This document shows, in pieces, positions 8,676 through 20,601 of a stretch of DNA of 21,917 nucleotides (the first letter of the stretch is position 1; the number at the start of each line of letters is the position of its first letter). Below the pieces are notes generated by a model. It did no database searches. It saw nothing but the letters and a program-made list of their open reading frames with translations, and had not been told where the DNA came from. The translations under genes and the position numbers were made by a program. Origin of the DNA: Paramoeba atlantica (lineage: Eukaryota > Protista > Discosea); assembly GCA_977017575.1 (NCBI GenBank), contig CDRNVI010000191.1, forward strand, positions 1-21,917, written 5' to 3'.

Positions 8676-9889
8676 TTATCTTCTTCTTCTTCTTCTTTTT
8701 TCTTTCTCTTCTTCTTCTTCTTCTTCTTCTTTTTCTTCTTCTTCTTGGGAATGAAGCAAGGCAGTCTCAAGATATTTGATTGGAAGATCATCAAGCTCAG
8801 TCATTAAACTCTCTTCAAGGACAACATAGTTTTGATGAAATAATTTTCTCTTCTCTTTCAAAGACTGAGGGACAAAAATTAATGTTTGTTCAAAGAAATG
8901 ATAAAAATTACCAACATGAAAAAGAAAAAAAAAGAAAAGGATAAAATGAAGATAATTAAAGAGAGAAAAGAAAAAAAAAAAAAAAGAAAAGAAAAAGAAA
9001 AAGAAAGAGAAACCACAGAAAGAAAAGATGCACCAATAATCACCAAACCACAAAACATAAGAATAAAAACAAAAGAGTAGTCAGAGCCCCACCCCACCAC
9101 TTCCCCAAAAACCAAACAACACTGGAAAATGAAACCAATCACCCCAAAAAAAGTGGCAGGAAAAGAAGGAAATATCATTCCAATGGCCGTCACAATGATT
9201 GTCATCAACAATGCCAAAACATTCATGAATAGCTCGCGAGTGAAACAACCAAGGAGAAGATAGATCACAAATCCAAAATTTGCTGCAACAAAGAGCCATC
9301 CAATTTGAGTTCTCAAATAGAAATTTTGCACTAAAAGGACAAACAAGATTACAATCAAGAAGAAACAAATGGCCACCATTGGAAAAGTCCAGAATATCAC
9401 ACCATCACCAAAGGCTGCCTCAAGAAGTGCGCTCACCAAATACCCACTCCCAAGATACAGATTGAAAATCATGGAGTTCACTTTGAAGCAACAGAAAACA
9501 ATACAAGCCACAAACAAATGGGGAAGACATGAAAAAATGATAACATCCCACATGGTATCATAAGAACAAATCCCCAGAGCAAAAACAAGCCCCAATGGAA
9601 CAACAAGAGAAACAAGCAGAATCCAACAGATTGGAATGAAAGGGGAGTTTTTTGGTGTCTGGTAGATCACGATCGCAAGGATAAACATTAACATAAAGAA
9701 CCACCCAAAAGTAAACCAATCATCATGTGCCGAAAGGGTGAGCAAGAAAGTCCCACAAACTAAAGGAACCAGCCCAATCCAAAAGAGAATCGATGCAGGC
9801 CGACAGGCACAAATTTGATTGTTTTCATCTTCGACAGAAGAAAGAGGCTCCTCAACAACAACACGACCACGTTCCAGATCTTGCTCCAT
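8676..9889 (-). CDS. Multipass membrane protein of about 354 aa with an E/K/R-rich C-terminal tail; exons 9889-9014 and 8864-8676
   Basis: 292 open codons with roughly 9-10 hydrophobic segments; T-rich phase-0 GT-AG intron 9013-8865; exon 2 SLKEKRK...EEEEKEKRRRRRR ending in TAA. The donor could instead be 3 nt upstream. Family not recognised. Confidence 0.75.
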
Positions 9890-11105
9890 ATCTTTTCTTC
9901 TTTTCTACCTCTCTCTCTCTCTCAAAACAATCAACCAAAAGGATTTTTTGGAAAAGAACTCGGAAGCACAGCCTCAAATTCACACATATGGCAAGAAAAG
10001 GCGGCTTTTGTTAAAGGCGATCTTTTTCCCTGCTCTTTCTTGGAAAAGGGAGCTCTCCATTAACCAAAAAAGGGGAAAAATGGTTTGGTAATTTATCTCC
10101 CGATGGCTTTTGAGAAATAATGAACAAGTTTTTCTTTCTGTCCTGAGATGATTCAACAACATCCAGATAAAGTTTCTTTGTCAAAATTGGTGGTAGAAAG
10201 GTGCAAGAAAAGGGTTTTTCAAAAAAAGTGGAGTTTTTTTTTTTGTTTTATTTTACTTTTCTCCTTTGTCTTCTCTTTCCTTGAGTGCCACTTTTTTGTC
10301 CTCTAAAAAGGTTGTCCCCACCCCAACAAAATAGTCAACTTGACAGAATCTTGTTTCAAGAAATTTAGCGAAAAAACTTTCTCCTTTGATGATGAGGAAG
10401 GAGGATGTCCTTCACGAAGGAGACCAGTTCATTTGGGTGGCGAAAATGCAATCCTTGGGGATGGATTGTAAATCTCAGGAGTGCTCCACTTGAGGCGATG
10501 GTTCCCAAATTGTTTTGAGATATTTCCAGCCCCCTTAAAATTTGAGAAACAATAATTGGTATCATCACCTTCTTAAAGACAGTTGGGGTTGGCGGAGTAC
10601 ATCAAAGCCCCCGGTTGGAGTTGAGGTCAGAAAAATTAATTCTGAATTTCTGAGACTAATCAGGTGAAGTTCAAAGAAGCTTGCAAGATTAGATCTCAGA
10701 GATCTAAAGGGATTAAATCACTGACATTGAGGATCAGGAGATGTAGTTCATTGTCAATGTTCATTCTTCTTCTTTTTTGTGTTTTGGTTGTTGTTGTTGC
10801 TTGCTCATGTTGGGAAGTTTTGATTTTTCACTCTGAAACTTTTTCGAAAAATTGAAAAATTGTGAGATCTCCAGAGAATTTTCCTCAAGAAAAGATGGGA
10901 GATGTGTGGGGGTTCTGTTGGGATGGGAGAATTTTGTTCAAGAAAAGGGAAGATGATTTTTTCATTTTTGTTTTTTTTTTGAACATCCACCAATAATGAT
11001 TTTTTGTTTTTTGTTTTTGTTTGTTTTTTGAAAAAGGTTCCTTTTTTATTTATTTCTCCCACCAAAAAGGCACACAAAGATTCTATTTTCCAAACTTTCA
11101 AAATT

Positions 11106-14100
11106 TTAATTTTCTTTTTTTGCTCGAGCTGGTTTTATAGTTTGTCCCTACAACCAAGAAAACAAAAATGAGATTATATTCTTTCTTCCCACATTTAAAT
11201 AAAATATTTATTCAACAAAAAAATCAAACAACAAAAAAGAAAAAGAAAAAAAAGAGGAAAATGGACAAAAAGGATAAAAGAAGAAAAAAACCAAACCTTC
11301 AATTGAATGATCAGATCAACAATTTTGTGGTTCTTTGCAACATCAAAGACTGTCTTCCCAAACTAAAAACAAAAAAAAAAAAAAAAAAAAAGAAGTTCAA
11401 AAAAAAAAAGAAAGAACCCCACCCAAAACCAACAAAACCAACAAAACCAACAAAATCAATAAAATCAACAAAATCAACAAAATCAATTTTAAAAAAAGGG
11501 AACATTCTAAAATCAAACAACACATCAAAAAAGAAAAAAAAAAAAAAGGAAGATTAAAAAACACGGATCACACACACCTCAACTCAATCAACTCAGACAA
11601 TCAAAAGAGATATTCCCCAAAACCCAAATAACAAAAAAACACAAAATAAAAATGAAACAAAAAGGGGAAAAAAAATATATCAAAAAAAAAAAGAAAAATG
11701 AAAAAACTTTGTTTTGAAGGTTAACATTGGCATGATGTTCAATCAAAATCTTTACAATTTCTTTATAACCTTTAGAAGCAGCTTTATGAAGAGGGGTCCA
11801 CCCATCCTTGAAAAAAAAAGATTTCAAAAAAAAAAAGAATTTAAAAAAAAATAAAACACAAAACAAATATCAATCAATATCCTCCACTCCACTGGAGGGA
11901 CTGGAAAAAGAAGATCAACAAATTCAAAATGAGAATGAATAACTCAATAACCTTATTTACAAAATCAACATTGGCTCTTCCTTTTTCCAATAAAAGTTGA
12001 ACAATTCGTTTATGTCCTTCTCCAGCAGCAACATAAAGAGGAGTTATTCCATCCTTTACATTAAAAAAAAAATAAATAAAAAAATGAGAAACTGAAAAAG
12101 AAAAAGAAAAAGAAAACAATCAACAAAATAACTTGATCTGGAAGATCAACATTTGGGTTTCCTTTTTCCAATAGAATTTGAACAATTTGTTCATGTCCTT
12201 CTTCAGCAGCAATAGAAAGAGGAGTTGCTCCATACTTTACATGAATAAAAAATAATAAAAAAAATGAGAAATTGAAAAAAAAAAAAAAAGAAACAATCAA
12301 CAAAAGAACCTCAGTTGCAAGATCAACATTTGATTTTCCTTTTTCCAATAAAATCTGAATAGTTTGTTCATGCCCTTCTTGTGCAGCAAAATAAAGAGCA
12401 GTTGCTCCATTCTTTACATGAATAATAAATAGAAAAATGAGAAATTGAAAAGAAAAGAAAGAAAAAGAAAAAGAAAACAATCAACAAAAGAACCTTATCT
12501 GGAAGGTCAACATTTGCTTTTCCTTTTTCCAATAAAATTTCAACAATTTGTTCATGTCCTTCTTGAGCAGCAACATAAAGAGGAGTTGCTCCATTCTTTA
12601 CATGAATAAAAAATCGAAAAATGAGAAACTGAAAAAAAAAAAAAAAGAAGAAAACAAACAAAAAAAGAACCTTTTTTGCAAGATCAACATTTGGTTTTCC
12701 TTTTTCCAATAAAATTTGAACAATTTGTTTATGTCCTTCCCGAGCAGCAATAAAAAGGGGAGTTGCTCCAGTCTTTACATTTAAAAAAATAGAAAAATGA
12801 GAATCTGAAAAAGAAAAAGAGAAGAAAAAGAAAACAATCAACAAAAGAACCTCAGTTGCAAGATCAACATTTGGTTTTCCTTTTTTCAATAAAATTTGAA
12901 CAATTTGTTCATGTCCATTTTGAGCAGCAATAAAAAGAGGAGTGAATATTCCCTTAAAATTAAAAGAAAATATAGAAAAATGAGAAACTGAAAAAGAAAA
13001 AGAAAAAGAAACAATCAACAAAATAACCTTATCTGGAAGATCAACATTGGCTCCTTTTTCCAATAAAAGTTGAACAATTTGTTTATGTCCATCTTCAGCA
13101 GCAATAGAAAGAGGAGTTGCTCCATTCTTTACATTAAAAATATAGAAAAATGAGAAACTGAAAAAAAGAAAAAGAAAAAAGAAAACAATTAATAAAAGAA
13201 CCTTAGTTGCAAGATCAACATTTGGTTTTCCTTTTTCCAATAAAAGTTGAACAATTTGTTCATGTCCATTTTGAGCAGCAACATAAAGAGGAGTTTCTCC
13301 ATACTTTCCATTTAAAAAAATAGAAAAATGAGAAACTGAAAAAGAAAAAGAAAAAAGAAAACAATTAACAAAATAACCTTATCTGGAAGATCAACATTTG
13401 GTTTTCCTTTTTCCAATAAAATTTGAACAATTTGTTCATCTCCATTTTCAGCAGCAATAGAAAGAGGGGTTACTCCATCCTTTTGATGAAAAAAATAGAA
13501 AAATGAGAAACTGAAAAAAGAAAGAAAAAGAAAAAAGAAAAGAATCAACTAAAGAACCTCAGTTGCAAGATCAACATTTGGTTCTCCTTTTTCCAATAAA
13601 AATTGAACAATTTGTTCATCTCCTTGTTGAACAGCAATAAGAAGAGGAGTTGCTCCATCCTTTATGATAAAAAAAAAAAGAAAAAAATGAGAAACTGAAA
13701 AAAAGAAATTTCAAATATTTTGAGTTTTTTCAATTGTTTTTTTTGAGAAGAAAAAAGAGATAAAATTGTGTGTATGGTAAAAAAACTCTCAATGAGAGTA
13801 AAAAAACAAATCTAGGAAACAAGTTAAACAAGAAAAAAAATAATCTAATTTTCTTGGAATCAATCTTTCAAAGAAATAAGATTAATTTTCAAAGAAATAA
13901 TAATAATATTTTTTCAAGAAATAATATTAACTTTGTTTTGTTTGACCTTTTTCCAAACAAAAAAAAAATCCACTGACTAAAAAGTTCCCTTTTGATGCAA
14001 GAGAATTGTGTGTGTTTTTTTGAGAGAAAAAAGAGTTCAAATTGTGTGTGTGGTGAAACTCTCTCTCTCTCCCTCTCTCTCTCTCCCCCTCTCTCTTTCC

Positions 14101-14507
14101 CTCTCTCAGCCCCTCTCCCCTTCTCCCCTTTGATCTCTCCTTCTCTCTCCCCAAAAACAAAAGGAAAAAAAGAGAAAGAAAGAAGAAAATTCACAAACAT
14201 TGGATGATTTTTCTATCAACTCTTTTCTCATTTTCTCTTCTTCTTCTTCTCCTTCTCCTTCTCCTTCTTCTTCTTCTTTTCTCCTCTTCTCTTCTTCTTC
14301 ATGTCTCAATTTCACCACTCCAAGTTCTTCATTTTCCAGTTTCGGTCTTTTAATCACTCCGTTTCTTTGTTTTTCTCTCCCTTTCTCTTCTTCTTCTTCT
14401 TTTCTCTTCCTCTTCCCCTCTTCCTCTCTTCTCTCAGTCCTCTCTCTATCCCCAACCACCACCACCACCACCTCCTCCTTCATCATATTTCTCTCATTCA
14501 AATTCAT
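11106..14507 (-). CDS. Ankyrin-repeat gene A: E/K/R-rich exon, 11 single-repeat exons, capping exon and tail exon
   Basis: Exons 14507-14199, 13659-13558, 13479-13378, 13303-13202, 13126-13028, 12952-12851, 12772-12671, 12595-12494, 12411-12310, 12234-12133, 12053-11952, 11806-11708, 11362-11297 (FGKTVFDVAKNHKIVDLIIQLK) and 11147-11106 (GQTIKPARAKKEN, TAA). All introns are GT-AG and phase 0. The start exon is less certain. Confidence 0.85.
11425..11480. repeat. Short 9-bp tandem repeat CAAAA(C/T)CAA in the intron before the capping exon; copy number differs between paralogs
   Basis: About six units here; fewer in gene B (near 15275-15310) and gene C (near 18385-18430). Confidence 0.7.
11708..13659 (-). 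repeat. Tandem exon+intron array with a period of about 174-184 bp (11 ankyrin exons)
   Basis: Each unit is a 99/102-nt exon of pattern xGxTPLxxAAxxGHxQIVxxLLEKGxxNVDLxxx plus a 75-82-nt T-rich intron; the last intron is 145 nt. Confidence 0.93.
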
Positions 14508-14977
14508 CAAACAAAAAATAAAACAAAAAAAAATAAAAAACAAAACAAAAAAAAACAAGAGACACACACCCTCAAAACAAAAAAACAAAAAAAGAGAAAA
14601 AGAAGGGTTTTGGGGGGTGGGTCTTTTTGTTAATTTTTGAAAGGGTTTTCAGATTTTGATGAGAAATTCTCAGGTTTCATAAAAATGGAGGTTGAATTCT
14701 CACCACACTACCCTAAATACAGAGAAATCCTGGAGAGAGTCTTTTGTGGTTGCATGGATATCACCAAAAGTTTTTTTCCCTTGACTTTTTTCTTTCTCTT
14801 TCTCAAGGAAGTAAGAGAGGTTGAATTTACCCACGATGGGTTCTCCCAATCAAATTCTTTATCACCAACATCATCTCAAGTCAAAAGTCAATTTTTAAAT
14901 TTTGGTTTAATAAAAAGGGAGGTTTTTGTGTGAGGAAACATAACTTTGTTATTATTCTCTTTTCAAACTTTTAAATT

Positions 14978-17846
14978 TTAATTTTCTTTTTTTGCTCGAG
15001 CTGGTTTTATAGTTTGCCCCTACAACCAAGAAAATAAAAATGAGATCACATTCTTTCTTCCCACACTCCAACAAAAGAATAAAACAAAAAAAGAAAAGAA
15101 AAAAAAGTAAAAAGTAAAAAGAAAAAAAAAGAAGAGAGAATAAAAAAAAACCAAACCTTCAATTGAATGATGAGATCAACAATTTGCTGGTTCTTTGCAA
15201 CATCAAACACTGTCTTCCCAAACTAAAAACAAAAAAAGAAAAGAAGTTCAAAAAAAAAAAAAAAGAACCCCACCCAAAACCAACAAAACCAACAAAATCA
15301 ATAAAATCAATTTTAAAAAAAAGGGAACATTCTAAAATCAAACAACACATCAAAAAAGAAAAAAAAAAAAAGAGGAAGATTAAAAAACACACATCACAGA
15401 TCACACACACACACCTCAACTCAATCAACTCAGACAATCAAAAGAGATATTCTCCAAAACCCAAATAACAAAAAAACACAAAATAAAAATGAAACAAAAA
15501 GGAGAAAAAAAATATATCAAAAAAAAAAAAGAAAAATGAAAAAACTTGGTTTTGAAGATTAACATTGGCATGATGTTCAATCAAAATCTTTACAATTTGT
15601 TCAAAACCTTCCTCAGCAGCTCTATGAAGAGGGGTAAACCCAAACTTAACAAAAAAGATTTCAAAAAAAAAGAGTTTTAAAAAAAAATAAAACACAAAAC
15701 AAGTATCACTCAATATCCACCCACCCTCCCTCCACTTCCACTGGAGGGATTGGAAAAACAAAATCAATAAATTCAAAATGATAACAAATAACACAATAAC
15801 CTTATTTGCAAGATCAACATTTGCTTTTCCTTTTTCCAATAAAAGTTGAACAATTTGTTTATGTCCTTTACAAGCAGCAATAAAAAGAGGAGTTCTTCCA
15901 CCCTTTAAATAAAAAAAAAGAAAAATGAAAAACCGAAAAAAAAAAAAAGAAAAAGAAAAAGAAACAATCAACAAAAGAACCTGATCTGGAAGATCAACAC
16001 TTGGTTTTTCTTTTTCCAATAAAAGTTGAACAATTTGTTCATCTCCATTTTGGGCCGCCATATAAAGAGGAGTTGTTCCATCCTTTACATTCAAAAAATA
16101 GAAAAATGAGAAACTGAAAAAAAAAAAAAGAAAAAGAAGAAAACAATCAACAAAATAACCTCATTTGCAAGATCAACATTTGGATTTCCTTTTTCCAATA
16201 AAATTTGAACAATTGGTTCACGTCCACATTGAGCAGCAACAAAAAGAGGAGTTCTTCCAGTCTTTAAATTAAAAAAAAAAATAGAAAAATGAGAAACTGA
16301 AAAGAAAAAAAAAGAAAAAGAAGAAAACAATCAACAAAATAACCTTAGTTGCAAGATCAACATTTGGATTTCCTTTTTCCAATAAAATTTGAACAATTTG
16401 TTCATGTCCATTTTGAGCAGCACTATAAAGAGGAGTTACTCCATACTTTACATTAAAAAAATAGAAAAATGAGAAAATGAAAAAAAAGAAAAAGAAAAAG
16501 AAGAAAACAATCAACAAAATAAACCTTAGTTGGAAGATCAACACTTGGTTTTCCTTTTTCCAATAAAAGTTGAACAATTTGTTCATGTCCATGTTGGGCC
16601 GCCATATAAAGAGGAGTTACTCCATACTTTACATTAAAAAAATAGAAAAATGAGAAACTGAAAAAAAAAAAAAAGAAAAAGAAAAAGAAAACAATCAACA
16701 AAAGAATCTGGAAGATCAACATTTGGTTTTCCTTTTTCCAATAAAATTTGAACAATTTGTTCATGTCCATTTTCAGCCGCAATATAAAGAGGAGTTACTC
16801 CATTCTTTACATTAAAAAAATAATCAAAAATGAGAAAAAGAAAAAGAAAAAGAAAAAGAAACAATTAACAAAATAACCTTATCTGGAAGATCAACATTGG
16901 CTCCTTTTTCCAATAAAATTTGAGCAATTTGTTCATGTCCATTTTCAGCAGCAACAAAAAGAGGAGTTTTTCCATTCTTTACATTAAAAAAATAATCAAA
17001 AATGAGAAAAAGAAAAAGAAAAAGAAAAAGAAAAAGAAAAAGAAAAGAATCAACAAAATAACCTGATCTAGAAGATCAATATTTGGTTCTCCTTTTTCCA
17101 ATAAAATTTCAACAATTTGTTCATCTCCTTGTTGAACAGCAATAAGAAGAGGAGTTGCTCCATCCTTTATGATAAAAAAAAAAAGAAAAAAATGAGAAAC
17201 TGAAAAAAAGAAATTTCAAATATTTTGAGTTTTTTCAATTGTTTTTTTTAAGAAAAAAGAGATAAAATTGTGTGTATGGTAAAAAACTCTCAATGAGAGT
17301 AAAAAAACAAATCTAGGAAACAAGTTAAACAAGAAAAAAAATAATCTAATTTTCTTGGAATCAATCTTTCAAAGAAATAAGATTAATTTTCAAGAAATAA
17401 TAATAATATTTTTTCAAGAAATAATATTAAATGTGTGTGTGGTGAAACTCTCTCTCTCTCCCTCTCTCTCTCCCCCTCTCTCTTTCCCTCTCTTGGCCCC
17501 TCTCCCCTTCTCCCCTTTGATCTCTCCTTCTCTCTCCCCAAAAACAAAAGGAAAAAAAGAGAAAGAAAGAAGAAAATTCACAAACATTGGATGATTTTTC
17601 TATCAACTCTTTTCTCATTTTCTCTTCTTCTTCTTCTTCTTCTCCTTCTCCTTCTTCTTCTTCTTCTTTTCTCCTCTTCTCTTCTTCTTCATGTCTCAAT
17701 CTCACCACTTCAAGTTCTTCATTTTCCAGTTTCGGTCTTTTAATCACCCCATTTCTTTGTTTTTCTCTCCCTTTCTCTTCTTCTTCTTCTTTTCTCTTCC
17801 TCTTCCCCTCTTCCTCTCTTCTCTCAGTCCTCTCTCTCAAATTCAT
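14978..17846 (-). CDS. Ankyrin-repeat gene B: E/K/R-rich exon, 9 single-repeat exons, capping exon and tail exon
   Basis: Exons 17846-17586, 17164-17063, 16976-16878, 16804-16700 (shifted donor), 16626-16525, 16445-16344, 16261-16160, 16082-15981, 15902-15801, 15644-15546, 15222-15157 and 15019-14978 (TAA). Confidence 0.83.
15546..17164 (-). repeat. Tandem exon+intron array (9 ankyrin exons)
   Basis: Same repeat unit as gene A. Confidence 0.92.
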
Positions 17847-18095
17847 CAAACAAAAAATAAAACAAAAAAAAATAAAACAAGAGACACACCACACCCAAAA
17901 CAAAAAAATAAAAAAAAAAGTTTTCAATTTTGAGGAGAAAACCATTCTTTGTTCTTTTTTCCAAATTATTTCCCTTTTTTTGAACATCCAATATCGATTT
18001 TTTGTTTTTGTTTGTTTTTTGAAAAAGGTTCCTTTTTTATTTATTTCTCCCACCAAAAAGGCACACAAAGATTCTATTTTCAAACTTTCAAAATT

Positions 18096-20601
18096 TTAAT
18101 TTTCTTTTTTTGCTCGAGCTGGTTTTATAGTTTGTCCCTACAACCAAGAAAACAAAAATGAGATTATATTCTTTTTTCCCACACTCAACAAAAAAATCAA
18201 ACAACAAAAAAGAAAAGAAAAGAAAAAAAAGAAAATGGACAAAAAGGATGAAAGAAAAAAAAAACTAAACCTTCAATTGAATGATGAGATCAACAATTTT
18301 CTGGTTCTTTGCAACATCAAAGACTGTCTTCCCAAACTAAAAACAAAAAAGAAAAGAAGTTCAAAAAAAAAAAGAACCCCACCCAAAACCAACAAAACCA
18401 ACAAAACCAATAAAATCAACAAAATCAATAAAAAAAAAAGAGGAAGATTAAAAAACACAGATCACACACACCTCAACTCAATCAACTCAGACAATCAAAA
18501 GAGATATTCTCCAAAACCCAAATAACAAAAAAACACAAAATAAAAATGAAACAAAAAGGAGAAAAAAAAAAAAGAAAAATGAAAAAACTTGGTTTTGAAG
18601 ATTAACATTGGTACAATGTTCAATCAAAATCTTTACAATTTGTTCAAAACCTTCCTCAGCAGCTCTATGAAGAGGGGTAAACCCAAACTTAACAAAAAAG
18701 ATTTCAAAAAAAAAAAGAGTTTTAAAAAAAAATAAAACACAAAACAAATATCACTCAATATCCACCCACCCTCCCTCCACTTCCACTGGAGGGATTGGAA
18801 AAACAAAATCAATAAATTCAAAATGATAACAAATAACACAATAACCTTATTTGCAAGATCAACATTTGCTTTTCCTTTTTCCAATAAAAGTTGAACAATT
18901 TGTTTATGTCCTTTACAAGCAGCAATAAAAAGAGGAGTTCTTCCATCCTTTAAATAAAAAAAAAGAAAAATGAAAAACTGAAAAAAAAAAAAAAAAAAAA
19001 GAAAATGAAAAAGAAACAATCAACAAAAGAACCTTATCTGGAATATCACCATTTGGTTTTCCTTTTTCCAATAAAAGTTGAACAATTTGTTCATACCCTC
19101 TTTCAGCAGCAATATAAAGAGGAGTTATTCCATACTTTACATTAAAAAAAAAATAGAAAAATGAGAAACCGAAAAAAAAAAAAAAGAAAACAATTAACAA
19201 AAGAACCTGATCTGGAAGATCAACATTTGGGTTTCCTTTTTCCAATAAAATTTGAACAATTTGTTCATATCCTTCTTCAGTAGCAATAGAAAGAGGGGTT
19301 ACTCCATCCTTTTGATGAAAAAAAATAGAAAAATGAGAAACTAAAAAAAAAAAAAAAAAGAAAAAGAAACAATTAATAAAAGAACCTGATCTGGAAGATC
19401 AACATTTGGTTTTCCTTTTTCCAATAAAATTTCAACAATTTGTTTCTGTCCATTTGCAGCAGCAATAAGAAGAGGAGTTACTCCATACTTTACATTAAAA
19501 AAAAATAGAAAAATGAGAAAATGAAAAAAAAAAAGAAAACAATCAACAAAAGAACCTTCTCTGCAAGATCAACATTTGGGTTTCCTTTTTCCAATAAAAT
19601 TTGAACAATTTGTTTATGTCCTTGTTCAGCAGCAATAGAAAGAGGAGTTGCTCCATTCTTTACATTAAAAAAAAAATAGAAAAATGAGAAACTGAAAAAG
19701 AAAAAGAAAAAGAAACAATTAATAAAAGAACCTGATCTGGAAGATCAACATTTGGTTTTCCTTTTTCCAATAAAATTTCAACAATTTGTTTATGTCCATT
19801 TGCAGCAGCAATAAGAAGAGGAGTTACTCCATCCTTTACATTAAAAAAAAATAGAAAAATGAGAAAATGAAAAAAAAAAAAAAAGAAAACAATCAACAAA
19901 AAAGAACCAGATTTGGAAGATCAACATTTGGTTTTCCTTTTTCCAATAAAATTTCAACAATTTGTTTATGTCCATTTGCAGCAGCAATATAAAGAGGAGT
20001 TCTTCCATACTTTACATTAAAAAAAAAAATAGAAAAATGAGAAAATGAAAAAAAAAAAAAAAAAAGAAAAAGAAAAAGAAACAAACAACAAAAGAACCTG
20101 ATCTGGAAGATCAACATTTGGTTCTCCTTTTTCCAATAAAAATTGAACAATTTGTTCATATCCATTTTGAGCAGCAACAAAAAGAGGAGAGATTCCAGCC
20201 TTTTGATTTAAAAAATAGAATAATTTAATAATAGAATAAAATAATAAAAAAAGGAAAAAAAGAGAAAAGAAGAAGAAGAAAATTCACAAACCTGGAATGA
20301 TTTTTCTATCAACTCTTTTCTCATTTTCTCTTCTTCTTCTTCTTCTTCTTCTTCTTCTTCTTCTTCTTCTTCTTCTTCTTCTTCTTCTTCTTTTCTCTTC
20401 TTCTCTTCTTCTTCATTCCTTGATCTCACTCCAAGTTCTTCATTTTCCGGTTTCGGTCTTTGTTTTTCTCTCCCTTTCTCTTCTTCTTCTTTTCTCTTCC
20501 TCTCTTCCTCTTCTCACAGTCCCCTCTCTTTCAATCAGATGAACAGGGGGAAAGAGATCAACTTCCTCACCACCACACCCACATCCACACCAATTCCCCA
20601 T
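18096..20601 (-). CDS. Ankyrin-repeat gene C: E-rich exon (5' end uncertain), 9 single-repeat exons, capping exon and tail exon
   Basis: The E-rich exon ends IEKSFQ|gtttgt near 20292. Repeat exons 20199-20098, 20009-19908, 19833-19732, 19657-19556, 19487-19386, 19308-19207, 19134-19033, 18947-18846 and 18687-18589; cap 18336-18271; tail 18137-18096 (TAA). The candidate ATG at 20601 is out of frame with the E-rich part. Confidence 0.75.
18589..20199 (-). repeat. Tandem exon+intron array (9 ankyrin exons)
   Basis: Same repeat unit as genes A and B. Confidence 0.92.
20329..20390. repeat. (TTC)n/(GAA)n microsatellite encoding poly-Glu in gene C
   Basis: About 20 perfect triplets in frame with MRKELIEK. 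Confidence 0.85.

Noticed and set aside
11708-20199. CRISPR-like or minisatellite interpretation of the roughly 178-bp periodic repeats
   Set aside because: The units translate as ankyrin repeats bounded by GT-AG introns in a eukaryotic chromosome.
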